This document shows, in pieces, positions 1-9,628 of a stretch of DNA of 64,000 nt; within the stretch, counting starts at the first letter, position 1; every line of letters begins with the position of its first letter. The DNA is taken from positions 352,001 to 416,000 of the forward strand of contig CBDCQT010000005.1 in assembly GCA_965220745.1 (NCBI GenBank), in the 5' to 3' direction. A program made the translations under genes and the position numbers. The notes below the pieces were generated by a model, which did not search any database, was not told where the DNA came from, and saw only the letters and a list, made by a program, of their open reading frames with translations. The stretch is from Alphaproteobacteria bacterium (GTDB taxonomy: Bacteria; Pseudomonadota; Alphaproteobacteria; UBA828).

Positions 1-14
1 CGTAGTCAGGGCGG

Positions 15-419
<405 letters not shown>

Positions 420-436
420 GTTTCTCTCCCCACGGA

Positions 437-483
437 CCCCAATATGTGGGGGAGTCTGAATACCGGTACGCTATATATTCCCC
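437..483. promoter_or_regulatory. Tandem NrdR-box-like palindromes, 31 bp apart
   Basis: Cores CAATATGTGG (440-449) and CTATATATTC (471-480) versus NrdR consensus core CwAtATaTwG; the 31-bp spacing is three helical turns, typical of NrdR box pairs. Confidence 0.5.
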
Positions 484-525
484 CGTCGACTGTTGTCTTG
501 GCGGTCGTTTCCAGTACTGATAATA

Positions 526-540
526 GAACATAAAGAGAAC
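526..540. promoter_or_regulatory. Alphaproteobacterial SOS (LexA) box
   Basis: Exact GAAC-ATAAAGA-GAAC (GAAC-N7-GAAC) with an A-rich spacer, in an AT-rich intergenic region. Confidence 0.6.
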
Positions 541-683
541 AGATAGTTGATATCGGCCGAGACTTGATTCCTCTCTCCCGGTAACTGGCGCTCTAGCCTT
601 GGTCTCAGGCCTTCCTCCCAAATCAGATCAGAGTGGTCGGGCCGCTGTTCTTGCGTGTTCGCCTGAACACTTGAAATTTTGTC

Positions 684-733
684 TTGCATCCATGATTTCC
701 CATGAGATACCATGTCATCCCATAGCATCCCGG
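684..733. promoter_or_regulatory. Putative dcw promoter overlapped by 10-bp-periodic MraZ operator repeats
   Basis: TCCAT/CCCAT/ACCAT/CCCAT/CCCGG at 689, 699, 709, 719, 729, which read as TGG(G) repeats on the minus strand and resemble MraZ TGGGN repeats; candidate TTGCAT-N18-TACCAT promoter at 684-713. Confidence 0.7.
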
Positions 734-807
734 ATCAGAGCGGGAACAGACGAAGACGGAAACGAGCGACGGCACGGCGAACAGGGCTCGCGCCCGAGGA
801 GCAGGCG

Positions 808-1254
808 GTGGCTGTCTTTGCCAATACGTTCGTTAACAAGGTGGATCGGAAGGGACGGGTCTCCGTCCCCGCCTCCTTCCGCAACGAGCTGGGCCGGCAG
901 TCCTCCCTCGGAATCGCGGTCTACCCCTCCGTCGACAAGAGCCCGTCTCTGACCGGCTGTGGCGAGGATCGTCTCAGAAGTATGAGTGACGCCCTGGGCG
1001 GCGATGATCCATTCGACACCGAATCCGTCAGCAAGCGCATGAGGCTTTTCCCCGCCGTCCAGCGCCTTCCCCTCGACGCGGACGGTCGGGTGCTCCTGCC
1101 GCGCGACCTGCTGGACCATGCCGGGATCACCACCCATGCCGCATTCGCGGGCATGGGCCGCGACTTCCGAATTTGGGAGCCTGAGACCCTCGAAGCCGCC
1201 CGGAAGGCGGAAGAGGAGCGAACCCCCGAGCCGGAACCGGAAGGCGATCGATGA
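808..1254 (+). CDS. mraZ: Transcriptional regulator MraZ
   Basis: Two DxxGR motifs (NKVDRKGRVSVPA, LDADGRVLLP); GTG start at 808 after GAGGAG; first gene of dcw. Confidence 0.93.
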   Translation: MAVFANTFVNKVDRKGRVSVPASFRNELGRQSSLGIAVYPSVDKSPSLTGCGEDRLRSMSDALGGDDPFDTESVSKRMRLFPAVQRLPLDADGRVLLPRDLLDHAGITTHAAFAGMGRDFRIWEPETLEAARKAEEERTPEPEPEGDR

Positions 1255-2222
1255 GCGTCTCGCCCGGTCACGTCCCGGTCATGAAGGACGCGATGCTCTC
1301 CCTCATCGCGCCCCAGGACGGCGGCGTCTACGTGGACGGCACCTTCGGCGGCGGCGGCTACAGCCGAGCCCTGCTGGAGGCTGCCTCCTGCGTGGTCTAC
1401 GGAATCGACCGCGATGCCGACGCTCTGCGTGCAGGCGACGCGCTTTCGGTCCGGTTCGGGGGGAGACTGATCCTGCTCCACGGCCGCTTTTCCGAGATGG
1501 CGACCCTGCTCACGCCCTACCGCGTGTGCGCGGTGGACGGGATCGCCCTTGATCTCGGCCTCTCTTCCCGCCAGCTCGACGACGGCGCGCGGGGCTTCTC
1601 GTTCCGTTTCGACGGCCCCCTCGATATGAAGATGGACCGGGACGATCCGGGGCCGACGGCGGCCGACCTGGTCAACGGCGAGTCCGAGGCCGAGCTGGCC
1701 GCGATCATCGCCAGCTTCGGCGAGGAGCGCCGCGCCCGCGCCATCGCACGGGCCATCGTCGCGGCCCGTGCCGACAGACCCATCGCCACGACCGGCCAGC
1801 TCGCCGAGATCGTCCGGGGTGCGGTGGCGCGGCGGCGGCCGGGCGGGATCGACGCAGCGACTCGCACTTTTATGGCCCTTCGCCTCCGCGTTAACGACGA
1901 GATTAACGAGATCGAGCGGGGGCTCCGCCAGATCGAGCGGCTCCTGCGGCCGGGTGGGCGCGCCATCGTGGTGTCCTTTCACTCCCTTGAGGACCGCCCG
2001 GTGAAGCGCTTCTTCCGCGAGCGCAGTGGTGGGCGGCAGCCCAATCGTCACGAGCCGCCCGCTGCCACGAAATCGCCCGATCCGACCTTCAGACTGTTGA
2101 CCCGCCGGGCGCGCAAGCCCGACGGCGCCGAAGTCTCGGCCAACCCGCGGGCGCGCTCGGCGCGGCTGCGGGCGGCCGAGCGCACCGGCGCGCCGCCGTG
2201 GCACGAGAGGCTCGTCGCATGA
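1251..2222 (+). CDS. rsmH: 16S rRNA m4C1402 methyltransferase RsmH
   Basis: HVPVM, DGTFGGGGYS, RGFSF..DGPLDM, SFHSLEDR, NPRARSARLR. Confidence 0.97.
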   Translation: MSVSPGHVPVMKDAMLSLIAPQDGGVYVDGTFGGGGYSRALLEAASCVVYGIDRDADALRAGDALSVRFGGRLILLHGRFSEMATLLTPYRVCAVDGIALDLGLSSRQLDDGARGFSFRFDGPLDMKMDRDDPGPTAADLVNGESEAELAAIIASFGEERRARAIARAIVAARADRPIATTGQLAEIVRGAVARRRPGGIDAATRTFMALRLRVNDEINEIERGLRQIERLLRPGGRAIVVSFHSLEDRPVKRFFRERSGGRQPNRHEPPAATKSPDPTFRLLTRRARKPDGAEVSANPRARSARLRAAERTGAPPWHERLVA

Positions 2223-2536
2223 TGCGGCACCTGGTCCTCATATCGATCGCAGCGTTCGTCGTCGCGATGCTCGCCCTCTTCCTCGTGAAGCACGAGGTGA
2301 GGGGGCTGGAGCACGAGCTCGCGGCGCTCGAGCACGAGCGTCAGAGTCACGTCGAGGCGATCCGGGTGCTCCGCTCCGAGTGGAGCTACCTGACCCGCCC
2401 CTCCAGGCTCGCGGCCTTGGCCGAGCGTCACCTTCCGCTTGAGCCGGTGGCGCCCGCGCAGGTCCGCTGGCTGCCCCAGCGGCCGTCCGGGGCCTCCGCA
2501 TTCGTCACGCCCATCGGCGGCGAGAGGGAGCTGTGA
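2219..2536 (+). CDS. ftsL: Cell division protein FtsL
   Basis: N-terminal TM helix, coiled coil, LRSEWSYLTRPSRL motif; lies between rsmH and ftsI with ATGA overlap. Confidence 0.9.
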   Translation: MMRHLVLISIAAFVVAMLALFLVKHEVRGLEHELAALEHERQSHVEAIRVLRSEWSYLTRPSRLAALAERHLPLEPVAPAQVRWLPQRPSGASAFVTPIGGEREL

Positions 2537-4272
2537 GGGACCTCGCAACCCGGCGCTGGTGGCGCCGCGGATCGACCTCCCGCCGTGAGGGCGCGGCGGC
2601 GCAAGCACAGCCCGCGCTGCTGGAGCGCGCCCGTGGCCGCCTGCTGGCGGCCAGCGTGATCTTCCTGCTCTGCTTCGGTGCGCTGGTGGTTCGCACCCTC
2701 GACGTGGCGGTGATCGGCGCACCCGTCGACATCAGCACCGCCGGAGATGCGAGCGCCTTCGACCCCGCCGCTCGGGCCGACATCGTGGACCGCAACGGGG
2801 TCCTGCTGGCGTCGAACCTGCCTACGCATGCCCTCTACGTCGAGCCCGGCAAGATTTTTGATCGCGAGGAGGCCGTGGCCGCGCTCGGTCGCCTGTTCCC
2901 CGATCTCGACCCGGAGCGCACGGCCTCTCTCATCGCATCCGGCAAGAGGAGCGCCCTCTTGCGGCACGACCTCACGCCCGAGCAGGCGCACGCCATCAAC
3001 CGGCTCGGCAGCCCCGGCCTCTGGCTGGAGCGCCAGGAGCAGCGCGTCTATCCGCAAGGGCGCCTCTTCGCCCACGCGGTCGGGTTCACGGACGTGGACA
3101 ATCGCGGTCTCGCCGGCGTCGAAAAGGCCGCCGACGCGGAGCTGCGGCGGCGTGCCGAAGCGCACAGCGGCCCGCTCGCGCTCTCGCTCGACATCCGGGT
3201 CCAGCACGCTCTCGCCCAGGCGCTTCAGGACACCATGACCGCCCATCGCGCACTCGGCGCCGCCGGCATGGTGATGGACGTGGAGACCGGCGAGCTGCTG
3301 GCCCTGGTCAGCCTCCCGTCGTTCGATCCCAAGGCGCCGGATCGCAGCCCGGCAGAGACCCTCTTCAATCGCGCCACGCTGGGCACTTACGAGCTCGGCT
3401 CCACCTTCAAGCCCTTCACCGTGGCCGCGGCCCTCGACCTCGGCGTCGCCGGCATTGAGGACAGCTACGACGCCACCGAGCCGATCAGGGTCTCGCGCTA
3501 TCTGATCCGCGACCACCATCCCGAGAATCGTTGGCTGACGGTGCCGGAGATCCTCATCCACTCCTCCAACATCGGCGCGGCGCGGATGGCGGTGGAGGTG
3601 GGCGCGGAGCGCCAACGGGCCTTCCTCGACGTGCTCGGCATGTTCGAGCGGATGCCCCTGGAGACGTCCGAGCGCGGCCGGCCCCTCGCGCCCCGGCGCT
3701 GGTCCGAGCACACCACGATGACGGTGAGCTACGGCCACGGGCTCGCGGTGACGCCGCTGCACCTGCTCGCGAATTACGCCGCGCTGGTCAACGGCGGCAT
3801 CGCGGTGACGCCGACGCTACTGAAGCGCGAGCCGGGCGCCCACTTCGCGCAGCGGCGGGTCATCAGCGCGGAGACCTCCGCCGTCATGCGGATGCTGCTC
3901 TACGCCGTGGTGGCCGAGGGCACCGGCAAGAATGCGGCGGTTCCCGGTTATCTGGTGGGTGGCAAGACCGGCACCGCCGAGAAGGCCATCGGCGGCAGGT
4001 ACAAGCGCGACAGCATGATCACCAACTTCGTGGGCGTCTTTCCCATCGACCGGCCCCGCTACGCGGTGCTCACGATGATGGACGAGCCCAAGGGGACCAA
4101 GGAGACCTACGGCTTCGCGACGGCGGGCTGGACTGCGGCGCCGGTCGCCGGCGCCGTCATCGAGCGCATCGCGCCGCTTCTCGGCGTACCGGCCATCGTC
4201 GAGCCCGATGAAACCGAAGAGGAGCCTGCGTTCGCCCGGTGGGACGGCGCGGGACGTCATGCGTCTTACTAG
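2533..4272 (+). CDS. ftsI: Peptidoglycan transpeptidase FtsI (PBP3)
   Basis: RADIVDRNG, RVYPQG; catalytic STFK, SSN and KTGT motifs. Confidence 0.96.
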   Translation: MRDLATRRWWRRGSTSRREGAAAQAQPALLERARGRLLAASVIFLLCFGALVVRTLDVAVIGAPVDISTAGDASAFDPAARADIVDRNGVLLASNLPTHALYVEPGKIFDREEAVAALGRLFPDLDPERTASLIASGKRSALLRHDLTPEQAHAINRLGSPGLWLERQEQRVYPQGRLFAHAVGFTDVDNRGLAGVEKAADAELRRRAEAHSGPLALSLDIRVQHALAQALQDTMTAHRALGAAGMVMDVETGELLALVSLPSFDPKAPDRSPAETLFNRATLGTYELGSTFKPFTVAAALDLGVAGIEDSYDATEPIRVSRYLIRDHHPENRWLTVPEILIHSSNIGAARMAVEVGAERQRAFLDVLGMFERMPLETSERGRPLAPRRWSEHTTMTVSYGHGLAVTPLHLLANYAALVNGGIAVTPTLLKREPGAHFAQRRVISAETSAVMRMLLYAVVAEGTGKNAAVPGYLVGGKTGTAEKAIGGRYKRDSMITNFVGVFPIDRPRYAVLTMMDEPKGTKETYGFATAGWTAAPVAGAVIERIAPLLGVPAIVEPDETEEEPAFARWDGAGRHASY

Positions 4273-5710
4273 CCTGATCCCCGAGGCGCCGGCAGACGTG
4301 GAGATCACGGGGCTCGCCTCTGATTCGCGCGACGTGCAACCCGGCTACCTGTTCGCGGCGCTCGCCGGCACTCAGGCCCACGGGGCCGATTTCATTCCCG
4401 ACGCCGTGGAGCGCGGCGCAGCCGCCGTGTTGGCGCCGGAAGGCACCGACCCGGCGCTCGCGCAAGGGATCGCCCTGGTGACGGACCCCAACCCGCGTCT
4501 CCGGCTCGCGGTCGCGGCGTCTCGTTACTTCGGCCCTCAACCGGAAGTCGTGGTCTGCGTCACCGGCACCAACGGCAAGACCTCGGTAGCGGACTTCACC
4601 CGCCAGATCTGGCGGGCCTCGGGCCGCAAGGCTGCCTCCCTCGGTACCCTTGGCGTATGCACGGAGAGCGAATGGCAGCCGCTCCGGCACACGACGCCAG
4701 ACCCGATCGAGCTGCACCGCGTGCTCGCCGAGCTCGCGCAAGACGGCATCGACCATCTGGCGCTGGAAGCATCCAGTCATGGTCTCGCGCAGTACCGGCT
4801 GGATGGCGTCCGCGTCGCCGCGGCGGCATTCACCAACGTCACCCGCGATCATATGGATTACCACCCGGACGCCGACGCCTACTTCGCGGCCAAGGCGGGC
4901 CTCTTTGAGCGGGTCATGGCGGCGGACGGGACCGCCGTCCTCAACGCTGACGACGAGCGCGTGGCAGGACTCGCGGCGCGCTGCCGGGCGCGGGGCCAGA
5001 GGGTGCTGACCTTCGGCACCGGCGACGCGGACATTCGGCTCCTGGCTCGGCACGACACCGAGGCGGGGCAGCGCCTCAGCATCGCTGCCGCCGGCGCGGT
5101 GCACGAGGTCGCCCTGCCGCTCCCCGGCGCGTTTCAGGCCCTGAACGCGCTGGCGGCGCTCGGCCTCGCATTGGCAACCGGCGTGGACGCGGCGGACGCG
5201 ATCCAGGCGCTCCATGGCGTGGAGGGCGTGCCGGGCAGGCTGCAACGGGTCGCGGGCCATCCGGCCGGCGCCGCCGTCTTCGTGGACTACGCACACACGC
5301 CTGACGCGCTGGCCACGGCGCTCGCCTCCGTGCGCCCCTTGGTGCCCGGCACGCTGGTGGTGGTCTTCGGCTGCGGCGGCGAGCGGGACGTCGGCAAGCG
5401 GCGCGAGATGGGCGAGATCGCCGCGCGCTTCGCCGACCGGGCGATCGTCACTGACGACAACCCCCGCCGCGAGGACCCGGTCTCGATCCGCCGCGCGATC
5501 CTCGACACCTGCCCCGGTGCCGTGGAGATCGGCGACCGCGCCGAGGCCATCCGTATTTCCATCGAAGGGCTCGGTTCGGGCGACGGCCTCCTCATTGCCG
5601 GCAAGGGCCACGAGCGGGAGCAGATCGTGGGCGAGCGCGCCATCGCGTTCGACGATGTCGGCGTCGCACAGTGTGCCGTGGCTGAAATCGCGGGCGGGCG
5701 GGCGGCATGA
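4259..5710 (+). CDS. murE: UDP-MurNAc-tripeptide ligase MurE (meso-DAP type)
   Basis: VTGTNGKT, TTPD, EASSHG, DYAHTPD, DNPR, AGKGHE; start set at MRLTSL. Confidence 0.96.
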   Translation: MRLTSLIPEAPADVEITGLASDSRDVQPGYLFAALAGTQAHGADFIPDAVERGAAAVLAPEGTDPALAQGIALVTDPNPRLRLAVAASRYFGPQPEVVVCVTGTNGKTSVADFTRQIWRASGRKAASLGTLGVCTESEWQPLRHTTPDPIELHRVLAELAQDGIDHLALEASSHGLAQYRLDGVRVAAAAFTNVTRDHMDYHPDADAYFAAKAGLFERVMAADGTAVLNADDERVAGLAARCRARGQRVLTFGTGDADIRLLARHDTEAGQRLSIAAAGAVHEVALPLPGAFQALNALAALGLALATGVDAADAIQALHGVEGVPGRLQRVAGHPAGAAVFVDYAHTPDALATALASVRPLVPGTLVVVFGCGGERDVGKRREMGEIAARFADRAIVTDDNPRREDPVSIRRAILDTCPGAVEIGDRAEAIRISIEGLGSGDGLLIAGKGHEREQIVGERAIAFDDVGVAQCAVAEIAGGRAA

Positions 5711-7137
5711 GCCGGCCTCTTCATAACGTCCCGCTGTGGACCTCGGCGGAGGCTGCTGCTGCCACCGGTGGACAGGCGCCCGAGCCCTGGAACGCGACCG
5801 GCGTTTCCATCGACAGCCGCAGCGTCGAGGCGGGCGACCTGTTCGTTGCCCTCGCCGGCCCCAACCATGACGGCCACGACTTCGTGCAGGCGGCGTTCGA
5901 GCGTGCAGCGGCGGCGGCGATGGTGAGCCGCCCGCCGGAGACGCAGCCCGAGGCCGTGCCGCTGCTGCTGGTCGTGGATACCTACGACGGACTCCGCACC
6001 CTAGCCGCCGGTGCGCGGGAGCGGAGCGCGGCTCACATCGTCGCAATCACCGGCAGCGTGGGCAAGACCGGAACCAAGGAACTTCTGGCCGGCGCGCTCG
6101 CAGGCTGTGGCCCCACGCTCGCGAGCGCGGGCAATCTCAACAATCACATCGGCGCCCCCCTCAGCCTTGCCCGGCTGCCGCAGGGCGCCGCCTACGGCGT
6201 GTTCGAGCTGGGCATGAACCACGCGGGCGAGATCGCCCCGCTCTCGCGCCTGGTCCGCCCGCACACCGCACTGATCACCACCATCGCACCCGCCCATACC
6301 GAGGCGTTCCCCAGCCTCGATGCCGTCGCCGACGCCAAGGCCGAAATCTTCGAGGGCCTCGAGCCCTGCGGCACGGCGGTTCTGAACCGGGACAACGTCT
6401 ACTTCGAGCGGCTGGCCACTGCGGCGTGCACCGCCGGTGCGGGCAACATCGTGTCGTTCGGCGAAAGCGCCGCTGCCGATGCGCGTCTCCTGGACTGGCA
6501 CCCCGCCGAGGACGGCGGCACAGTCACTGCCGCCATCGACGGCGCCGAGCTTGACTACGAGATCGCCTTCTCCGGCCGGCACTGGGCGCTAAACAGCGTG
6601 GGCGTGCTGGCCTGCGTTCAGGCTGCCGGCGCGTCGGTCGAGCAGGCTGCCGGCGCCTTGCGCACGGTCGCGCCCGTGGCGGGCCGGGGCGTGCGCCACC
6701 GCCCCCCGATCCAGGGCGGCGCCTACGAGCTGATCGACGAAAGCTACAACGCGAGCCCCGCGGCCGTCCGCGCCGCGATCGCGACGCTCGCCGAAACAGC
6801 GCCGTCGGCCCCAGACGGGCGGCGGATCGCGGTCCTCGGCGACATGCTCGAGCTCGGTGACGAGGGGCCGCGCTGGCACGCCGAACTCGCCGACGACCTG
6901 GAAGCGGCGGGAATCGACCTCGTCTTCACCGCAGGCCCGTTGATGGCCCATCTCCACCGCGCCCTCGGCGCCGCCCGGCGCGGCGCCCACGCGCCCGAGT
7001 CCGAGAGCCTGACCGACATCCTGCGCGCGGAAATCCGTGCCGGCGACGTGGTGCTGGTCAAGGGCTCGCTCGGCAGTCGCATGGGGCCGATCGTGCGGCG
7101 TCTCGTCGCCGACGCGCCGGCTGCTCCCAGGCCATGA
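5707..7137 (+). CDS. murF: UDP-MurNAc-pentapeptide ligase MurF
   Basis: ITGSVGKT, NLNNHIG, ELGMNH, DESYNASP, LGDMLELG, VKGS. Confidence 0.96.
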   Translation: MSRPLHNVPLWTSAEAAAATGGQAPEPWNATGVSIDSRSVEAGDLFVALAGPNHDGHDFVQAAFERAAAAAMVSRPPETQPEAVPLLLVVDTYDGLRTLAAGARERSAAHIVAITGSVGKTGTKELLAGALAGCGPTLASAGNLNNHIGAPLSLARLPQGAAYGVFELGMNHAGEIAPLSRLVRPHTALITTIAPAHTEAFPSLDAVADAKAEIFEGLEPCGTAVLNRDNVYFERLATAACTAGAGNIVSFGESAAADARLLDWHPAEDGGTVTAAIDGAELDYEIAFSGRHWALNSVGVLACVQAAGASVEQAAGALRTVAPVAGRGVRHRPPIQGGAYELIDESYNASPAAVRAAIATLAETAPSAPDGRRIAVLGDMLELGDEGPRWHAELADDLEAAGIDLVFTAGPLMAHLHRALGAARRGAHAPESESLTDILRAEIRAGDVVLVKGSLGSRMGPIVRRLVADAPAAPRP

Positions 7138-7158
7138 GCAGGAAAGGCGCGCCGAGCG

Positions 7159-8244
7159 ATGTTCTTCAATCTTCTCTATCCGCTCTCGGACTCGATCGGC
7201 CTCTTCAACGTCTTCCAGTACCTGACGTTCCGCACCGGCGCGGCGGTTCTCACCTCTTTGCTCATCAGCTTCGCCTTCGGTCCGCCGCTGATCCGCATGC
7301 TTCGCGCACGCCAGGAGCACGGACAGCCGATCCGGAGCGACGGGCCGGAGAGCCACGCGGCCAAGGCAGGGACGCCGACCATGGGCGGGGTGATCATTCT
7401 TCTCGCCGTCACGGTCTCGACACTGCTCTGGGCCGACATGACCAACCCGCTGATCTGGGTGCTGCTGGTGGTCACGATCGGCTTCGGCGCCATCGGCTTC
7501 ACCGACGATGCGATGAAGCTGCTGAACCGCAGCCATCGCGGCCTGAACATGCGCATCAAGGTTGCGGCCGAGCTGGTGCTCGCGGTGGGGGCCGTCTTCT
7601 GGGTCACGATGATTCTGGAGGCACCGCTCGATCACGGGCTGGCGCTGCCGTTCGTCAAGTCGGTCCTGCTCGACATCGGTTGGTTCACGGTGCCCTTCGC
7701 CGCCTTCGTGGTCATCGGCTCGTCCAATGCCGTCAACCTGACCGACGGCCTCGACGGCCTCGCAATCGTGCCGATCATGATTGCCGCCGCGTGCTTCGCG
7801 CTGATCGCCTACGTGGTGGGCAACACCGTGTTCACGGAATACCTCCAGGTCCACCACGTGCCCGGCACCGGCGAGCTTTCGGTCTTCTGTGGCGCCCTCG
7901 TCGGCGCGGGGCTGGGCTTCCTCTGGTTCAACGCGCCGCCGGCGATGGTCTTCATGGGCGACACCGGCTCGCTCTCCACCGGCGCGGCGCTCGGCATCAT
8001 CGCGGTGATGACCAAGCACGAGATCGTGCTCGCCATCGTGGGGGGCTTGTTCGTGCTGGAGGCGGTCTCGGTGATCGTGCAGGTCGCCTCGTTCAAGCTC
8101 CTGGGGCGGCGGGTCTTCGCGATGGCGCCTCTGCACCATCACTTCGAGCAGAAGGGGGTCGCGGAGCCCACCATCGTCATCCGCTTCTGGGTGATCGCCG
8201 TGATCCTCGCCCTGATCGGGCTCTCGACGCTGAAGCTGAGGTGA
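7159..8244 (+). CDS. mraY: Phospho-N-acetylmuramoyl-pentapeptide transferase
   Basis: [37 protein letters not shown]. Confidence 0.98.
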   Translation: MFFNLLYPLSDSIGLFNVFQYLTFRTGAAVLTSLLISFAFGPPLIRMLRARQEHGQPIRSDGPESHAAKAGTPTMGGVIILLAVTVSTLLWADMTNPLIWVLLVVTIGFGAIGFTDDAMKLLNRSHRGLNMRIKVAAELVLAVGAVFWVTMILEAPLDHGLALPFVKSVLLDIGWFTVPFAAFVVIGSSNAVNLTDGLDGLAIVPIMIAAACFALIAYVVGNTVFTEYLQVHHVPGTGELSVFCGALVGAGLGFLWFNAPPAMVFMGDTGSLSTGAALGIIAVMTKHEIVLAIVGGLFVLEAVSVIVQVASFKLLGRRVFAMAPLHHHFEQKGVAEPTIVIRFWVIAVILALIGLSTLKLR

Positions 8245-8248
8245 GCCA

Positions 8249-9628
8249 GTGATCCGGGTTCCCCTCTATCGCAATCGCGCGGTCGCCGTGCTCGGGCTCG
8301 CCCGCTCCGGCCTCGCCGCGGCGCGGGCGCTCAGTGCCGGCGGCGCGCGCGTGCTCTGCTGGGACGACGCGCCGGATGCGCGGGCGGCGGCGCGCGATCA
8401 GGGCTTCGAGGTGCGCCCCGCCGGGCCCGAGGACGGGATCGCCGCCCTGGTGCCGAGCCCCGGCGTGCCGCTTTCGCACCCGATGATCGCTGCCGCGCAT
8501 GACGCCTGCGTCGAGGTGGTGGGCGATATCGAGCTTCTGTGGCGCATACTGCCGGAGCCCCGCTACATCGCCGTCACCGGTACCAACGGTAAATCGACGA
8601 CGACGGCGCTCATCGGTCACCTGCTGCATGCGGCCGGCGCCCGCCACATCCGCGTCGGCGGCAATCTGGGGACGCCGGCGCTCGATCTGACGCCGGTGCC
8701 GGGCGAGGGGACCATCGTCCTCGAGCTCTCCTCCTATCAGCTCGATCTCACCGTCGAGGCGACCTTCGACATCGCCGTGCTGCTCAACGTTGCCCCCGAC
8801 CATCTCGACCGCCACGGGACCATGGCGGCCTACGTCGACGCGAAGCGCCAGGTCTTCCGCCCCGGTCGGCTTCAGACCGCCGTCGTCGGCATGGACGATC
8901 CGATTTCGCGCAGCATCGGCGACGCGCTCGTGGCGCGAGACCAGCTCCAGGTGGTGCCGGTGGCCGTGGAAGCCAGGTCGCGCGAGGGCGTTTCCGTTGT
9001 GGATGGCCTCCTTCACGAGGACGGCGAGCCGGTCTGCGACCTCACGCACGCGAGGGCGCTGCCCGGCAGGCACAACTGGCAGAACGCGGCAGCGGCCTAC
9101 GCGGCGGCGCGCGCCTGCGGGCTCGCGCCCGAGAGTCTGGTGCCGGCGCTGCTCGATTTCCCCGGCTTGCCCCACCGCATGGAGAAGGTCGGCAGCGTCA
9201 GCGGCATCCCGGTCATCAACGACAGCAAGGCCACCAACGCCGAAGCGGCGGCGCGGGCCATCGCCTGCTTCGATAACGTCTACTGGATCGCCGGCGGGCG
9301 GCCCAAGGAGGGCGGGCTCGACGCCGTCGCGCCCCTCTTCTCCCATATCGCCCACGCCTTCCTGATCGGCGAGGCGGAAGACGGCTTCGCCGCCACGCTC
9401 GAAGGCCAGCTGCCGGTGACCCGCTGCGGCACGCTTGACCGTGCAGTGGCGGCCGCCCTCGATGCCGCCTGCAGCAACGGGCGCGACGGCACCGTGGTCC
9501 TGTTCTCGCCCGCCTGTGCGTCGTTCGACCAGTTTCGCGATTTCGAGCAGCGCGGCGATCGGTTCCGGGCGCTGGTTCCCGTCGAGCCGCCCGCCGTGTC
9601 GGAGGAGGCTGCGCCGTGGACCAGGTGA
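8249..9628 (+). CDS. murD: UDP-MurNAc-L-Ala:D-Glu ligase MurD
   Basis: GLARSG, VTGTNGKSTT, ELSSYQL, DHLDRH, NDSKATN, SPACASFDQF. Confidence 0.97.
   Translation: MIRVPLYRNRAVAVLGLARSGLAAARALSAGGARVLCWDDAPDARAAARDQGFEVRPAGPEDGIAALVPSPGVPLSHPMIAAAHDACVEVVGDIELLWRILPEPRYIAVTGTNGKSTTTALIGHLLHAAGARHIRVGGNLGTPALDLTPVPGEGTIVLELSSYQLDLTVEATFDIAVLLNVAPDHLDRHGTMAAYVDAKRQVFRPGRLQTAVVGMDDPISRSIGDALVARDQLQVVPVAVEARSREGVSVVDGLLHEDGEPVCDLTHARALPGRHNWQNAAAAYAAARACGLAPESLVPALLDFPGLPHRMEKVGSVSGIPVINDSKATNAEAAARAIACFDNVYWIAGGRPKEGGLDAVAPLFSHIAHAFLIGEAEDGFAATLEGQLPVTRCGTLDRAVAAALDAACSNGRDGTVVLFSPACASFDQFRDFEQRGDRFRALVPVEPPAVSEEAAPWTR

Noticed and set aside
647-670. GTTC-N6-GTTC and the palindrome GTGTTC-GCCT-GAACAC as a second SOS box
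   Set aside because: The spacer is 6 rather than 7, and the palindrome is the inverse arrangement of the Gram-positive GAAC-N4-GTTC box; at most an unassigned hairpin or operator
471-952. ORFs 471-728 (-) and 599-952 (+) as possible SOS-induced small proteins
   Set aside because: No RBS, TM segment or recognisable motif; they cross promoter and operator elements
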